From the NCBI GenBank assembly GCA_043718025.1, contig JAYSWN010000068.1, forward strand, positions 74,771 to 138,770: a stretch of 64,000 bases of DNA, in the 5' to 3' direction. The translations under genes were made by a program, and so were the position numbers. The notes beneath the pieces were generated by a model. It was not told where the DNA came from and ran no database searches. It saw only the letters and a program-made list of their open reading frames with translations. The DNA is from Pseudomonadota bacterium. GTDB taxonomy: Bacteria; Bdellovibrionota; FAC87; UBA2466. Below, piece by piece: positions 10,901-22,236 of this stretch (positions are counted from its first letter, which is position 1; every line of letters begins with the position of its first letter).

Positions 10901-12084
10901 ATGGTGGTTACGTAGCCACGCTCTTCAAGTTTGTTGAAGATAAAAGGCTTGAACAACTCAAGGGCCATTTTCTTTGGCAAACCGCACTGGTGTAGCTTCA
11001 GTTCAGGACCAACGACGATTACGGACCGACCAGAAAAGTCGACGCGTTTTCCAAGTAAGTTCTGACGGAATCGACCCTGCTTGCCTTTAAGCATGTCAGA
11101 GAGCGAACGAAGCGGACGTTTGTTCGGACCGGTAAAGGTGCGACCACGACGACCATTGTCAAAAAGGGCATCTACCGCTTCTTGCAGCATTCGCTTTTCA
11201 TTATGAATAATGATTTCAGGGGCGTTTAGCTCCTGGAGGCGCTTCAAACGGTTGTTTCGGTTGATCACGCGGCGATACAGGTCATTCAAATCGGAGGTCG
11301 CAAAACGACCACCATCCAAAGGCACCAGGGGACGTAAATCCGGAGGAATGACCGGAATCACATCAAGCATCATGTTTTCTGGGCGGTTTCCCGAGTTCTT
11401 AAAGGCTTCAACCACCTTTAAGCGCTTGGCCAACGCCTTTTGGATCGTCTCGCTAGAAGTCTTTGCCAATGCGGCACGAATGTCGCGGGCCAACACTTCA
11501 ACGTCGATCTCTTTCAACATGTCGCGAACGGCTTCGGCACCCATCGCGGCTTTGAAATCTTGTTTATATTCTTTTCGAGCGGCCGTGTGTTCATCCTCAG
11601 AAAGGACTTCGCCCTTTTTCAGGAGAGTGGATTTGCCCGGGTCCATTACAACGTATGCTTCACAGTAAAGAACTCGTTCTAAGTTCTTCAGGCTGATATC
11701 GAGCATCGCGCCGATTCGGCTTGGAAGTGATCGCAAGAACCAAATGTGAGCAACTGGAGTTGCCAATTCAATGTGGCCCAACCGCTCGCGGCGAACCTTG
11801 GATTGGATAACCTCAACCCCACACTTTTCGCAAACCACGCCTCGATGCTTCATGCGTTTATATTTTCCGCAGATGCATTCGTAGTCTTTTACAGGTCCGA
11901 AGATTTTGGCGCAAAAAAGCCCATCTCGTTCCGGTTTGAAGGTTCTGTAGTTGATAGTTTCCGGCTTTTTCACTTCGCCGTAGGACCATGAGCGGATCTT
12001 CTCTGGGCTAGCCAAAGAAATTTTTACCGCTTTAAAAGAAAGTGGATCCTTCGGTTTATCGAAAAAGTTTAAGAGGTCTTTCAT
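7918..12084 (-). CDS. rpoC: RNA polymerase beta' subunit
   Basis: NADFDGD catalytic motif, zinc-binding Cys motifs, 1388 aa. Confidence 0.99.
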   Translation of the reverse strand: MKDLLNFFDKPKDPLSFKAVKISLASPEKIRSWSYGEVKKPETINYRTFKPERDGLFCAKIFGPVKDYECICGKYKRMKHRGVVCEKCGVEVIQSKVRRERLGHIELATPVAHIWFLRSLPSRIGAMLDISLKNLERVLYCEAYVVMDPGKSTLLKKGEVLSEDEHTAARKEYKQDFKAAMGAEAVRDMLKEIDVEVLARDIRAALAKTSSETIQKALAKRLKVVEAFKNSGNRPENMMLDVIPVIPPDLRPLVPLDGGRFATSDLNDLYRRVINRNNRLKRLQELNAPEIIIHNEKRMLQEAVDALFDNGRRGRTFTGPNKRPLRSLSDMLKGKQGRFRQNLLGKRVDFSGRSVIVVGPELKLHQCGLPKKMALELFKPFIFNKLEERGYVTTIKSAKKMVEKEKEEVWDILEEVVKEHPILLNRAPTLHRLGIQAFEPVLIEGKAIQLHPLVCSTFNADFDGDQMAVHVPLSVEAQLEARVLMMSTNNILSPAFGKPIIDPTQDIVLGVYYMTQQRINQKGEGKTFANPHEAIYAHEIGELDLHAKITCRVIDKDGVMKRYETTPGRLILREICPIEIPFDTYNCVMNKKALSALMDNTYRSTGNKRTVMLADRLRTLGFEYATKGGISICMQDMKIPQRKKELLDGAYTEVQEIQNQYIEGLITDGERYNKVIDIWAQVTEQIAEELMEELSTEKMKDKDGKMVAMTSLNSIYMMADSGARGSAAQIRQLAGMRGLMARPSGAIIETPITANFREGLDALQYFISTHGARKGLADTALKTAHSGYLTRRLVDVAQDIVVTEVDCKSTDGIEISALIEGGEVIEPIGDRILGRVALDDINDPYTGKMLVEMNGMIDEEKMRLVEEAGIEKVIIRSALTCKLKVGVCCYCYGRDLSRGHLVNIGEAAGIIAAQSIGEPGTQLTMRTFHVGGTASRRAEQSSLEVRHDGVVKLIRVNSVKDRHGTFTAMNRNGEIAILDDTGRERERYPLVYGARLNVNDGERVKRGQVVANWDPYTIPVLTEQGGKIAYVDITEGMSLSEQVDEVTGLSRRTIIDSRDGDLRPRILIIDPNLPEKDAKKTPKVSYLIPMGANLVVTDGEEILPGDAIAKIPRETTKTKDITGGLPRVAELFEARKPKDTAAIAEVDGVVSFGKDSKGKRKLLITPEHGEPKEYLILKGKHISVREGDHVRAGEALMDGAANPHDILQILGDKALAKYLVDEVQEVYRLQGVRINDKHIELIVRQMLKRVRVTDPGDTDTLLGEHIEKWKFEEENERVKKLGKRPAEAAPLLLGITKASLSTESFISAASFQETTKVLTEAAIQGKVDRLRGLKENVIMGRLIPAGTGIDIYRRVMIDVQEAEQTEEELLDIPTSLDDEDALNAEAKL

Positions 12085-15000
12085 AGTGCTCCGTCCTCCA
12101 TAAGCTCGATATCGAGGCCCAAGCTCTGAAGTTCTTTTACTAAGACGTTAAACGACTCGGGTAAGCCTGGCTCGAGCACATTCTCACCCTTAACAATGGT
12201 TTCAAACATTCGGATACGCCCGGCGACATCGTCTGACTTCACCGTGAGCAGCTCTTGCAAGCAGTAAGCGGCGCCATAAGCTTCAAGCGCCCAAACTTCC
12301 ATCTCTCCAAGTCGCTGACCACCGAACTGCGCTTTACCACCCAGCGGTTGCTGCGTGACTAAAGAATAGGGGCCAATGCTTCGAGCATGAATCTTTTCAT
12401 CGACCAAATGATGGAGTTTCAAAACATACATCACCCCTACGGTGACATCATGTTTGAAAGGTTCACCGCTACGGCCGTCGAATAAGATCTGCTGTCCGTT
12501 GGTGTTCAAACCAACCGCACTCAGCGCCGCTTCGATTTCGAGTTCCTTGGCGCTATCAAATACTGGACTTGCCATGTGCAAGCCACGCTTCAAGCGCAAG
12601 GCAATCGTTTTCAAGGCGTCGATGCTCAAGCCATCCAACTCAGCCGAAAGATTTTTCGAAGTGAAAATTCGTTTCAACATTTCGCGAATAGATTTGGCGT
12701 TGGTTTCGTTCCAAGCGCGCAGAGCCTCGGTCATTTGACGACCAACTTCAAAGCCAGCGCGGCCAAGATGCGATTCCAAGATCTGTCCGACGTTCATACG
12801 CGAAGGAACGCCGAGGGGGTTCAACACGATTTGAACAGGGGAGCCATCTTCCATGTACGGCATGTCTTCCATCGGAAGAACGCGGGAAATAACCCCTTTG
12901 TTTCCGTGACGACCAGCCATCTTATCGCCCACCGCAATGCGGCGTTTGATCGCAACATAGACCTTAACCATCTTGATGACGCCGGGAGGTAGCTCATCAC
13001 CCTTTTTCAGTTTTTTCACTTTCTCGTCAAAGATAGTGCGAATGGTCTGAATCTGAGCGTCAACGGCAGAAAGGGTTGTCCCCACTTGATATTCCGCGTC
13101 CGAGGACAATGGAATATGGCGGAGTAGATCATAGTGTACGGATTCATATTCCGCCTCAGTGATCTCTTGACCCTTTTTCAACAATTGGTTTTCACCCGAA
13201 GAGTCCAGTAGCTTACCCGTGGTGGTCTGGCCAACGATGAGCGCGGAGACCTTTTTCTTAGCGGCTTCCTGAAGAATTCTAACTTCAGTGCCCTCGTCTT
13301 TGCGAATACGGGTCTCTTCGTCTTCGACCAAGCGAGCGGTACGCTCATCTTTGTCTGCGCCTTCGCGCGAGAAAACTTGAGCACCAATAACCGTTCCGAC
13401 GATACCCGGCGAAACACGTAGGGACGTATCTTTAACGTCGCCTGCTTTTTCCCCGAAAATAGCGCGAAGAAGCTTCTCCTCAGGAGAGAGCTGAGTCTCA
13501 CCTTTTGGAGTGATCTTTCCGACGAGAATATCGCCAGGTTTCACTTCAGCGCCGATGCGCACTATTCCTGAGCTATCCAAATTCATCAGCTGTTCTTCGC
13601 TGACGTTCGGAATGTCGCGGGTGACCTCTTCTTTACCGAGTTTGGTATCTCGGGCTACGCATTCAAACTCTTCAATGTGAATGGAGGTGAAGGTGTCTTT
13701 CTCTACCAGCTCTTCGCTGATTAGGATCGAATCCTCAAAGTTGTAACCACCCCACGGCATGAATGCCACGAGGATGTTTTGGCCCAAGGCCAATTCGCCC
13801 ATGTCCGTTGCGGGACCATCGGCAAGAACCTGACCTTTTTCCACCCGCTCACCCATCTTAACGATAGGCTTCTGATTAACGCAGGTGTTCTGGTTCGAAC
13901 GACGATACTTAATTAAATTGTAGATATCGACGCCTGGACCCTTAGTGGTCTGGCCTTCGGTGCGCACCACGATCCGGGTGGCATCTACGAAATCAATGAT
14001 ACCGTTACTCTTGGCCACTACGGTTACCCCGGAGTCGCGAGCCACGAGTTTTTCCATACCCGTTCCGACAATCGGAGCGTGAGTACGAACTAATGGTACG
14101 GCTTGACGCTGCATGTTGGAGCCCATCAGCGCGCGGTTCGCATCATCGTTCTCGAGGAACGGAATGAGCGAGGCGGCAATGGACACCAGCTGGTTCGGCG
14201 AGACGTCGAGAAGATCGATATCTTCACCACGGGCCAAGATGGTTTCACCTTGGCGACGCGCCGGAACGAAGTCCGGAATTACGCGGCCTTCTTTAACCGG
14301 AACGGTTGCCTGAGCAATCGTGTGGTTTTCTTCCTCAAGGGCCGAGAAAAACACCACCTCTTCAGAAACTTCTCCGTTCACCAGTTTTCGATACGGGGTT
14401 TCAATGAAACCGTAATCGTTCACCCGGCCAAAAGTGGAGAGAGACGAAATAAGACCAATGTTTGGACCTTCAGGGGTCTCAATCGGACAGATACGACCGT
14501 AATGGGTAGAGTGTACGTCACGGACTTCAAAGCCAGCGCGTTCACGAGTCAAACCTCCGGGCCCGAGGGCGCTCAGACGACGTTTATGCGTCACTTCTGA
14601 AAGCGGATTGGTCTGATCCATAAACTGTGAAAGTTGCGAGCTACCGAAGAACTCTTTAACCACTGCCGATACCGGCTTGGCGTTAATAAGATCATGCGGC
14701 ATTAGCGTTTCAACGTCTTGCAAGCTCATGCGTTCACGAATGGCGCGTTCCATGCGAACCAAGCCGATGCGGAACTGATTTTCTAAGAGCTCACCAACCG
14801 CGCGAACGCGGCGATTGCCTAAATGGTCAATGTCGTCAATCTGGCCTTTGCCATTTTTCAAATCGACGAGGTACTTCACCACCGCCACAATGTCTTCTTT
14901 AGTCAAAGTGGTGTGTTCGAGAGGAGTAGTGAAACCAAATTTATGATTGATCTTTAGTCGCCCCACACGGGACAATTCGTATTTAGTGGGGTCGAAGAAT

Positions 15001-16193
15001 AAGCCGTCAAAAAGCACTTGCGCGGTTTCAAGCGTTGGGGGATCCCCGGGACGCAACCGACGGTAAATTTCGATAAGGGCTTCTTCTTTGGTAGAAATCT
15101 TATCTTGCGTAAGAGTGTCGCGCAGGTAAGTGCCTACGTTAATTCGGTCAGTATAAAGAATTTTGAATTCGGCAATTTTACGATCCGCAAGAAGGTCTAG
15201 CTTATCGTCATTGATTTCTTCGTTGCACTCAAGAAGAACTTCGCCTGTTTCTAAATCTACAACGTCAACGGCGCAGAATTTTCCAATCAGCTGTTCCCGT
15301 TCGATTGGAAATTTTTTGATCTTAGCTTCATCAATTTTCTTAATTAGGCTTTGAGTGAACTTTTTGTTCTTCTCAACGATGACCTTTCCGTTCTCATCCA
15401 TCCAATCAAAGTTGGCTCTTTGGCCACCGTACAGTTTAGGCTCGAAGGTTAGGAGCATTTTACCGCCCTTACCAATCGACACGGTCTCGTGATCGTAGAA
15501 ATAGGAAAGCAGCTCTTCAACCGAAAAGCCTAACGCTTTTAGAAGCACAGTGACATGCAGTTTTCGGCGGCGGTCGATCCGCACATAAATGATGTCTTTA
15601 TGATCGAATTCGAAATCCAACCAAGATCCGCGATAGGGGATAATGCGGGCAGAGTAGAGCAACTTTCCGCTGCTATGAGAGGTGCCTTTATCGTGGTCAA
15701 AGAATACGCCAGGCGAACGGTGTAGCTGACTCACCACAACACGCTCAGTGCCATTGATGATGAAGCTGCCACGGTCGGTCATGAGCGGAATTTCACCCAA
15801 ATAGACCTCCTGCTCTTTTACGTCCTTAATGGAGCGGGTCTGGGTCTGTTCGTCGACATCCCAAACTTCTAGGCGAACTGTAACTTTAAGGGGCGCGGCG
15901 TAGCTCATGCCGCGGCTACGACACTCATCCACGTCATACTTCGGCGTTTCTAGAGTGTAGGATTCAAACTCAAGCGCAGCCGTGTTGTTGAAGTCATGAA
16001 TGGGGAAAACCGACTTAAACACCCCTTGCAGGCCAGTATTGCTCCGCTCAGGCGCAGTCGTTTCTGACTGCAGAAATTTTTCGTACGACTTTTTTTGGAC
16101 TTCAATGAGATCCGGAATCTCGATCCGGGGAGGAAATTTACCGAACTCTTTTCGAAAACGCTTTTGGTCAAAAAAGCGTGTGGTCGTCGACAT
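12081..16193 (-). CDS. rpoB: RNA polymerase beta subunit
   Basis: [20 protein letters not shown] and [12 protein letters not shown] motifs. Start placed at ATG 16193 (GGGG RBS-like run upstream). ATGA overlap with rpoC. Confidence 0.99.
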   Translation of the reverse strand: MSTTTRFFDQKRFRKEFGKFPPRIEIPDLIEVQKKSYEKFLQSETTAPERSNTGLQGVFKSVFPIHDFNNTAALEFESYTLETPKYDVDECRSRGMSYAAPLKVTVRLEVWDVDEQTQTRSIKDVKEQEVYLGEIPLMTDRGSFIINGTERVVVSQLHRSPGVFFDHDKGTSHSSGKLLYSARIIPYRGSWLDFEFDHKDIIYVRIDRRRKLHVTVLLKALGFSVEELLSYFYDHETVSIGKGGKMLLTFEPKLYGGQRANFDWMDENGKVIVEKNKKFTQSLIKKIDEAKIKKFPIEREQLIGKFCAVDVVDLETGEVLLECNEEINDDKLDLLADRKIAEFKILYTDRINVGTYLRDTLTQDKISTKEEALIEIYRRLRPGDPPTLETAQVLFDGLFFDPTKYELSRVGRLKINHKFGFTTPLEHTTLTKEDIVAVVKYLVDLKNGKGQIDDIDHLGNRRVRAVGELLENQFRIGLVRMERAIRERMSLQDVETLMPHDLINAKPVSAVVKEFFGSSQLSQFMDQTNPLSEVTHKRRLSALGPGGLTRERAGFEVRDVHSTHYGRICPIETPEGPNIGLISSLSTFGRVNDYGFIETPYRKLVNGEVSEEVVFFSALEEENHTIAQATVPVKEGRVIPDFVPARRQGETILARGEDIDLLDVSPNQLVSIAASLIPFLENDDANRALMGSNMQRQAVPLVRTHAPIVGTGMEKLVARDSGVTVVAKSNGIIDFVDATRIVVRTEGQTTKGPGVDIYNLIKYRRSNQNTCVNQKPIVKMGERVEKGQVLADGPATDMGELALGQNILVAFMPWGGYNFEDSILISEELVEKDTFTSIHIEEFECVARDTKLGKEEVTRDIPNVSEEQLMNLDSSGIVRIGAEVKPGDILVGKITPKGETQLSPEEKLLRAIFGEKAGDVKDTSLRVSPGIVGTVIGAQVFSREGADKDERTARLVEDEETRIRKDEGTEVRILQEAAKKKVSALIVGQTTTGKLLDSSGENQLLKKGQEITEAEYESVHYDLLRHIPLSSDAEYQVGTTLSAVDAQIQTIRTIFDEKVKKLKKGDELPPGVIKMVKVYVAIKRRIAVGDKMAGRHGNKGVISRVLPMEDMPYMEDGSPVQIVLNPLGVPSRMNVGQILESHLGRAGFEVGRQMTEALRAWNETNAKSIREMLKRIFTSKNLSAELDGLSIDALKTIALRLKRGLHMASPVFDSAKELEIEAALSAVGLNTNGQQILFDGRSGEPFKHDVTVGVMYVLKLHHLVDEKIHARSIGPYSLVTQQPLGGKAQFGGQRLGEMEVWALEAYGAAYCLQELLTVKSDDVAGRIRMFETIVKGENVLEPGLPESFNVLVKELQSLGLDIELMEDGAL

Positions 16194-16272
16194 GCAATAA
16201 CCCCATTTCAAGGATCAGCCGTTGCGAGAAAACTAACGGCCTAAAAATTACTTTAAGACACAAAAAGACATA

Positions 16273-16332
16273 TGGAGAACCAAGATAGATCGATCCCTCA
16301 GTTTTTTAAGGAATTGATATTTTGGTTCTCCA
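16273..16332 (-). promoter_or_regulatory. Long stem-loop in the rplL-rpoB spacer (attenuator or processing-site candidate)
   Basis: Perfect 11-bp inverted repeat TGGAGAACCAA/TTGGTTCTCCA enclosing further imperfect pairing. Confidence 0.5.
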
Positions 16333-16358
16333 CCTAAATTGGCTAAATCGAGGGAAGA

Positions 16359-16736
16359 TTACTTCAACTCGACTTTGGCGCCTACTGCTTCAAGCTTTTT
16401 CTTGATCTCTTCAGCTTCTTTCTTGCTAATGCCCTCTTTCAAGGTCTTAGGCGCGCTTTCTACGAGATCTTTAGCTTCTTTCAATCCGAGCGTGGTGAAC
16501 CCACGGATCTCTTTAATGACCTGCACCTTTTGGGGGCCGCCATCCGTCAATACGACGTCAAAAGCAGTTTTTTCTTCAACGGGGGCTGCAGAAGCAGCAC
16601 CGGCGGCAACTCCAACCGAAACTGGAGCGGCAGCGCTAACGCCATAACGAGTTTCAAATTTCTTAACGAACTCGGAAATGGTTAACAGGTTTGCACCATC
16701 AAAAAACTCAAATACCTGATCCTCTGTGACTGGCAT
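16359..16736 (-). CDS. rplL: 50S ribosomal protein L7/L12
   Basis: [18 protein letters not shown] and [11 protein letters not shown] motifs; expected gene order. Confidence 0.98.
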   Translation of the reverse strand: MPVTEDQVFEFFDGANLLTISEFVKKFETRYGVSAAAPVSVGVAAGAASAAPVEEKTAFDVVLTDGGPQKVQVIKEIRGFTTLGLKEAKDLVESAPKTLKEGISKKEAEEIKKKLEAVGAKVELK

Positions 16737-16772
16737 GGAATACTCCTTCTTCTCTTCTTCAATAATTAAAAA

Positions 16773-17306
16773 TTAAGACTGGGACTCTTTCTCTTTTTTA
16801 GCCTTCAAGTCACCCAATACGTATCCCAAGCGTTGGGGAGCATCTTTGAGGGCATAAAGAAACTTTGTGGGCGAAGATTTGAGGGCCCAAAGGAAAGAGA
16901 CGAGCAATTCGTTTCTTCCTGGGAGCTTCGAGAGTGCCTGGTACTGGCTCTCGCTCATTAACTGGCCCATTGCTGCGCCAGCCTTCACCTTTAGACTAAA
17001 ACCTTCTTTGGAGGTCCATTCAGCTACGGCCTTGGCCGTAAGAACGGCATCACCTTTGCTGTAGACAACCATTGTGGGGCCGGTCAAATGCTCGCCAACG
17101 GCAGCAAATGGGGTCTTTTCAAAAACTCGCTTGGCGAGTGTATTTTTGACGACCTTGACCCGTACATTTTGTTTCGCCAAACTAAGGCGAAATTGGGTCA
17201 TCTGGTCAACCGTGAGCTTGTTAAAGGAAACAAGGGCAAACGACTCTGCCGTTGAAATGCCATTCGTAAATGCAGAGACAAACGTCTCTTTTTGTGCCCG
17301 GTTCAA
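16773..17306 (-). CDS. rplJ: 50S ribosomal protein L10
   Basis: KVVKNTLAKR and LTGPT motifs; TTG start with GGGGAG RBS; expected gene order. Confidence 0.97.
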   Translation of the reverse strand: MNRAQKETFVSAFTNGISTAESFALVSFNKLTVDQMTQFRLSLAKQNVRVKVVKNTLAKRVFEKTPFAAVGEHLTGPTMVVYSKGDAVLTAKAVAEWTSKEGFSLKVKAGAAMGQLMSESQYQALSKLPGRNELLVSFLWALKSSPTKFLYALKDAPQRLGYVLGDLKAKKEKESQS

Positions 17307-17369
17307 AGCAAACTCCCCGAAATATAAACTGCCATTTAAATCCTCAATTCTTTATTACGTCAAGCAGCA

Positions 17370-18083
17370 TTAAACTGCTTGAGCGGCGTTAACTAACGCA
17401 CTGGAATCCAAAATAATTCCTGGGCCCATGGTAGGGGCAATTGCGATCTTTCGAATGTAGATACCCTTAGACGTGGTTGGTTTGGCCTTAAGCACGGCAT
17501 CAAAGAAAACCATGAAGTTTTGTTTGAGTTTTTCGGGGCCAAAAGATTTTTTGCCGATGATGGCATGGAGCACGCCGGCTTTTTCTACCTTGTATTCCAC
17601 CTTGCCGAGCTTTTGTTCTCTGACGGCTTTACCGATTTCGGCGGTAACCGTGCCCGTTTTTTTGTTCGGCATTAAGCCCTTGGGGCCCAAAGTTTTTGCA
17701 AGCTTGGTAAGGTCTTTGAGGCTATCAGGCGTGGTTAACACGCGATCAAACTCGAGCCAGCCACCGGCAATTTTTTCCATCAAATCGTCATTGCCAACGT
17801 GATCGGCCCCGGCTTCTCGAGCCTCTCGCTCGGCATCACCGCGAACAATACAAACGATACGTACGGGCTTACCCAGACCATTTGGAAGGGTGGTTGCACC
17901 GCGAACCATCTGATCAGATTGTTTGGGATCGACGCCAAGGTTGATGCAAACTTCAATAGATTCATCAAACTTACGGTTTTGGAATGAATCGACGATGTTA
18001 AGAGCGTCGTCGAGGCTATATTTTTTACCCAACTCTACTTTTGCCGCGTTGGCGCGGTAGATTTTTCCTGCTTTGTGTTTCAC
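17370..18083 (-). CDS. rplA: 50S ribosomal protein L1
   Basis: FDESIE, LGVDPKQSDQMVRG, LGPKGLMPN and TMGPG motifs. Confidence 0.98.
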   Translation of the reverse strand: MKHKAGKIYRANAAKVELGKKYSLDDALNIVDSFQNRKFDESIEVCINLGVDPKQSDQMVRGATTLPNGLGKPVRIVCIVRGDAEREAREAGADHVGNDDLMEKIAGGWLEFDRVLTTPDSLKDLTKLAKTLGPKGLMPNKKTGTVTAEIGKAVREQKLGKVEYKVEKAGVLHAIIGKKSFGPEKLKQNFMVFFDAVLKAKPTTSKGIYIRKIAIAPTMGPGIILDSSALVNAAQAV

Positions 18084-18095
18084 TACTTACCTCAA

Positions 18096-18127
18096 TCAGG
18101 TGCAAACGACTGGTTAGGTCTCCCTGA
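18096..18127 (-). promoter_or_regulatory. L1-binding autoregulatory mRNA element between rplK and rplA
   Basis: mRNA reads UCAGG-GA-GAC-loop-GUC-GUUUGCA-CCUGA: stem, GA, stem-loop, 7-nt G..A bulge, stem. Same architecture as the E. coli L1 site, directly before the rplA RBS (GAGG). Confidence 0.7.
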
Positions 18128-18134
18128 GCGTTAA

Positions 18135-18560
18135 TTACATTCCAGAAACTTCTAAACCCATGCTACGGGCAGTGCCCGCCACTTGGCTCATCGCCGATTT
18201 CAAATCAATGGTGTTCAAATCAGGCATCTTGGTCTTGGCGATCTCTTCGATCTGGGCCTTGTTTACCGTTCCCACCTTATTCTTATTCGGAATGCCCGAG
18301 CCCTTTTCGATATTGGCTGCCTTTTTAAGGAGCTCAGAGACCGGCGGGGTCTTTGTAATAAACGTAAATGAACGATCTGCAAAGATGCTAATTACGACTG
18401 GAATTACCATGCCGCCCGCATTTTGCGTTCGGGCATTAAAAGCCTTACAAAATTCCATGATGTTTACGCCATGTTGGCCAAGCGCGGGACCAACTGGGGG
18501 AGACGGATTGGCTTTGCCTCCCGGTATTTGCAATTTCACCATTGCGGTTAACTTTTTCAT
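18135..18560 (-). CDS. rplK: 50S ribosomal protein L11
   Basis: [29 protein letters not shown] motif. Confidence 0.99.
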   Translation of the reverse strand: MKKLTAMVKLQIPGGKANPSPPVGPALGQHGVNIMEFCKAFNARTQNAGGMVIPVVISIFADRSFTFITKTPPVSELLKKAANIEKGSGIPNKNKVGTVNKAQIEEIAKTKMPDLNTIDLKSAMSQVAGTARSMGLEVSGM

Positions 18561-18585
18561 TTCTGCTCCTCAAAAAACCAGCGTT

Positions 18586-19266
18586 TTAATTCTTTTCAAC
18601 CTGCACGAAATCGAGCTCGACCGGAGTAGAACGTCCGAAAATGCTGACCATCACGCGCAGTTTGCCTTTATCAGGCTTAACTTCTTCCACGACACCATTA
18701 AAGTTGACGAACGGCCCATCGATAACACGGACGCTTTCGCCTTCCTCAAATTGAACCTTGGGACGGGGTTTTAATGTGCCCTGCGTCATTTGGTTCGTGA
18801 TGCGGGCAACCTCTTCTTCCGGCACCGGAGGAGGGGTTAATGCATTTCCCACAAATCCAGTGATTTTGGGAGTGCTTTTCACCAAATGCCAGGTGTTGTC
18901 GTTCAAAATCATCTTCACCAGCATGTAGCCGGGAAAAAATTTGCGGCTGGTGGTCTTCTTTTCACCGCGAACCAACTCAATTACGTTCTCTGATGGTATT
19001 AGCACTTCAGCGAAGAACTTTTCGGCCTTCTGCTGTTTGACTCGCTCTTTTAGCGCTAACCGAGCCTTTTGCTCAAAACCGCTATAGGTATGGACAACGT
19101 ACCAACGAACGCTCTCATCATTGCCCGCGGTGCCGATAGTCTGCACTTCGGCGGAAGGCGATGTCGCGATCGTTACCTCGGCCGCCGCTGGAGTCTCTTT
19201 GGCGGTTGAGATTTGATCGTCAGGTTTGCCCGACTCTGGATTCTGATTGTTTTCTTGGGTACTCAC
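18586..19266 (-). CDS. nusG: Transcription termination/antitermination factor NusG with a low-complexity N-terminal extension
   Basis: [16 protein letters not shown] and KOW motif ([11 protein letters not shown]). Start set at GTG 19266 behind an AAGGA RBS; the ORF-track start at 19347 overlaps secE. Confidence 0.95.
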   Translation of the reverse strand: MSTQENNQNPESGKPDDQISTAKETPAAAEVTIATSPSAEVQTIGTAGNDESVRWYVVHTYSGFEQKARLALKERVKQQKAEKFFAEVLIPSENVIELVRGEKKTTSRKFFPGYMLVKMILNDNTWHLVKSTPKITGFVGNALTPPPVPEEEVARITNQMTQGTLKPRPKVQFEEGESVRVIDGPFVNFNGVVEEVKPDKGKLRVMVSIFGRSTPVELDFVQVEKN

Positions 19267-19310
19267 CAAACTGTTCCTTAACCTTCGGTCCTTAAATAAA
19301 TCAGACTCGC

Positions 19311-19685
19311 TTACGTGTTTAAGAGATAACCAATGACTTGCCCCCACAGGAGGTCAAATCCGGCGAGAATAAAGCTGGCGATCAAAATGCAAATGAGCAC
19401 CACCGTAGTGGATTTCATTACGTCATCTTTACTTGGCCAGGTCACCTTTCTCAATTCACTGACGACCTCATCCATGACCGTATTGGCCCTGGGGTGTCGA
19501 AGCAAAATCGTAAAGAGGGCAATTCCCAAGACTACGGGAAGCATTTCCCTCAGCACGCCTACGGCGGCATAACGGCGGATGGCGTAGAACGTGTGGTACG
19601 TCCACTCGATGAACGAGCGGGATAAGAACCATAGCACCGCGCTACAGACCATATAGAAGGCCAAGATGAGTTTTCTATTGTCCAT
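19311..19685 (-). CDS. secE: Preprotein translocase subunit SecE (three-TM type)
   Basis: ELRKVTWPS motif followed by a TM helix; immediately upstream of nusG. Confidence 0.95.
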   Translation of the reverse strand: MDNRKLILAFYMVCSAVLWFLSRSFIEWTYHTFYAIRRYAAVGVLREMLPVVLGIALFTILLRHPRANTVMDEVVSELRKVTWPSKDDVMKSTTVVLICILIASFILAGFDLLWGQVIGYLLNT

Positions 19686-19813
19686 GATTGCGGGGTACTC
19701 TGCCCCAGAGTGTTAATTAATTCAAGAAAATGAATGATTAAATGAGTTCCGGTTAGGATTTTTTTTGAAGTCGCAACCAAGGGCAGTTACCCTCGGGTTT
19801 TGCGGGGTTAAAC

Positions 19814-20641
19814 TTGTCATCAAAGATCATTCTCCAAGTCCGGAAACTAGCAGCCTCTGCCGGAGAGGTCGCCTACCTTTCTTTGAACCGTCCCGATGTC
19901 TCCAACGCATTGGATGGAGAAATGATCCGCGAGATGGGGCAAGCTATTAAAACTATAAAAGAAATGGGCTTAAGGTGCCGCCTTTTGGTGCTACGTGGGG
20001 TGGGCAAAAATTTTTGCGCCGGCGCCGATCTGGAGTGGATGCGACAGTCTAAATCGTTAGGTTTGGAGCAAAACCGCAAGGAGGCCTCAGAGCTTTCCGC
20101 TCTATTTCGAAGTCTTTACGACTTGGAAACGCCCACATTGGCGTTGGTTCAGGGGGCGGCCTACGGTGGGGCGGTGGGCCTAGCGGCTTGCTGCGATATC
20201 GTTTTGGCGACTGAAAACAGTAAGTTTTGTCTAAGCGAAGTGAAAGTGGGCTTGGTTGCGGCGGTGATCTTGCCATTTCTCCACCTTAAGATTCACCCCG
20301 GTCACTTGCATCGCTTTGTTTTAGGAGCCACCGTTTTTGGGGGGGAGGACGCTCGGCACGCTGGTCTGGTGGCCCGAGTGGTGGACGAAGACAAGCAGGA
20401 CGAAGCGCTCTTGCACGAAATCAATTCGATCTTGGCCGGAGAGCCAAACGTACAACGAGCGTTTAAGAAAAACCACCGTCTGCTATTGGAGCGAGACTCG
20501 GCCTGGTGGCAAGCGCAGTGTGAAATTGGGGTGGAGACGATTGCCGCGGCAAGAATCTCACCCACCGGACAAGAAGGCATTTCCGCCTTTTTTGAAAAGC
20601 GCAAACCCAATTGGGCCGCCAAAGTTGAGGAGATCGGATGA
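19814..20641 (+). CDS. Enoyl-CoA hydratase/isomerase (LiuC/AtuE-like)
   Basis: [36 protein letters not shown] and [14 protein letters not shown] crotonase motifs. Confidence 0.9.
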   Translation: MSSKIILQVRKLAASAGEVAYLSLNRPDVSNALDGEMIREMGQAIKTIKEMGLRCRLLVLRGVGKNFCAGADLEWMRQSKSLGLEQNRKEASELSALFRSLYDLETPTLALVQGAAYGGAVGLAACCDIVLATENSKFCLSEVKVGLVAAVILPFLHLKIHPGHLHRFVLGATVFGGEDARHAGLVARVVDEDKQDEALLHEINSILAGEPNVQRAFKKNHRLLLERDSAWWQAQCEIGVETIAAARISPTGQEGISAFFEKRKPNWAAKVEEIG

Positions 20642-22236
20642 GCAGCAAAGACTCGGCAAAGGAAATTAAGGAGACCGACCCCCGCATTCTTAATCGTCAG
20701 GCCATGGACACGTTACTGGCCCGTCTTGATGGGGCCCTTCAGTTGGCGAATTTGGGCGGAGGAGAAAAATATAACGACCGCCATGTGAAGCGCGGAAAGC
20801 TATTGCCGCGCGAACGGATCGATCGACTCCTGGATCCCGGCTCATACTTTTTGGAGTTGATGCCGCTCGCGGGCCATGAAATGGCGGGCGAGCTGACCGG
20901 TGCTGGCGTTATTGGTGGCGTCGGTCTGGTGGCCGGATCACCGTGGCTTATCGTCGCCAACGAATGCACCGTGAAAGCCGGAGCCATTAGCCGCGTGGGC
21001 GTGCAGAAGCTGTCACGCTTAGCCGTCGTGGCGATGGAGAATCATTTGCCGGTTATGTATTTAGTAGAGTCGGCCGGTTTGGAATTGCCGACGCAGGGAG
21101 AAACTTTTGTGCCGACCGGACGAGAGTTTCGGGATTTGGCGCGGCGGTCAAAAATGCGTTTACCGACGGTGGCGGTGGTGTTTGGGACGTCGACGGCCGG
21201 AGGGGCATACCTTCCGGGAATGTCCGACTACGTAATTTTAGTGCGAGACAAAGCCCACGTATTTTTGGGGGGGCCGCCCCTAGTGCGAATGGCTACCGGT
21301 GAAGTGATGGACGAAGAGAGTCTGGGGGGGGCCGAGATGCACGCGACAAAGTCGGGGCTTGGTGATTTTTTGGCCGATGATGAAGAGCAGGCCCTCGGGA
21401 TGGCACGCGAGATTGCTGGGCACATTAGAAGAGTAGGAGTGCAGAAAGCGGATCGAGCCTCGGTAGACCCGGAAAAAAATCCGGAAGAGCTTTTGGAGAT
21501 TCCTTCGGCGAATAAACGGATCCCTTTTGAGGCGAGAGAAATCTTAGCGCGCATCGTGGATGCGGGAAGTTTTTTTGAATTTAAACCGCTATATGGGCCC
21601 AGTTTGGTCACTGGATGGGCCAGAATCCATGGTTTTTCGGTGGGTTTTTTAGCCAATAATGGGGTGTTAGACGCTCAATCCGCCGCAAAAGGGGCCCATT
21701 TCATAGCGCTTTGTAACCAGAGCAACACGCCGATTTTATTCTTTCAAAACACTACAGGCTTTATGGTGGGCAAGAGTTACGAAGAGACGGGTATTATTCG
21801 CTACGGTTCGAAACTTGTGGCGGCGGTTTCTAATTCCAAAGTTCCGGCCATCACCATAATGATGGGCTCAAGTTACGGCGCCGGGAATTATGCGATGTGT
21901 GGGCGTGCGTATGAACCGCGGTTTCTCTTCAGTTGGCCGAATCACCGGATCGCGGTGATGGGTGGTGCAGAGTTAGGTGGCGTGATGTCGCTCATCAAGC
22001 GGGAGTCTGCAGAGCGCGAAGGGCGGCCGGTCGATGAAGCTGCCTTGGCCGCCGCGGCAAAAGAGACCGAAGCTAAAATTGAATCGCAATCAGACGCCTT
22101 TTACGCCACCGCCCGGCTTTGGGACGACGGTATTTTAGATCCGCGCGACACGAGAAATGTTTTGGGAATTTGCTTGTCGCTGGTTAACGAAGCTGGGTTC
22201 GAAGGAACCATGGCGTGGGGAGTGGTACGCCATTGA
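20638..22236 (+). CDS. Acyl-CoA carboxylase carboxyltransferase (beta) subunit (MCC/geranyl-CoA carboxylase type)
   Basis: [38 protein letters not shown] and [12 protein letters not shown] motifs. Confidence 0.92.
   Translation: MSSKDSAKEIKETDPRILNRQAMDTLLARLDGALQLANLGGGEKYNDRHVKRGKLLPRERIDRLLDPGSYFLELMPLAGHEMAGELTGAGVIGGVGLVAGSPWLIVANECTVKAGAISRVGVQKLSRLAVVAMENHLPVMYLVESAGLELPTQGETFVPTGREFRDLARRSKMRLPTVAVVFGTSTAGGAYLPGMSDYVILVRDKAHVFLGGPPLVRMATGEVMDEESLGGAEMHATKSGLGDFLADDEEQALGMAREIAGHIRRVGVQKADRASVDPEKNPEELLEIPSANKRIPFEAREILARIVDAGSFFEFKPLYGPSLVTGWARIHGFSVGFLANNGVLDAQSAAKGAHFIALCNQSNTPILFFQNTTGFMVGKSYEETGIIRYGSKLVAAVSNSKVPAITIMMGSSYGAGNYAMCGRAYEPRFLFSWPNHRIAVMGGAELGGVMSLIKRESAEREGRPVDEAALAAAAKETEAKIESQSDAFYATARLWDDGILDPRDTRNVLGICLSLVNEAGFEGTMAWGVVRH

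Noticed and set aside
8518..18774. Many plus-strand ORFs inside rpoC, rpoB and the ribosomal protein genes
   Set aside because: Antisense shadows of conserved genes with no recognisable motifs.
19686..19813. tRNA-Trp upstream of secE
   Set aside because: No T-arm GTTC motif in a cloverleaf context on either strand; only a small GGGGTA/TGCCCC hairpin.
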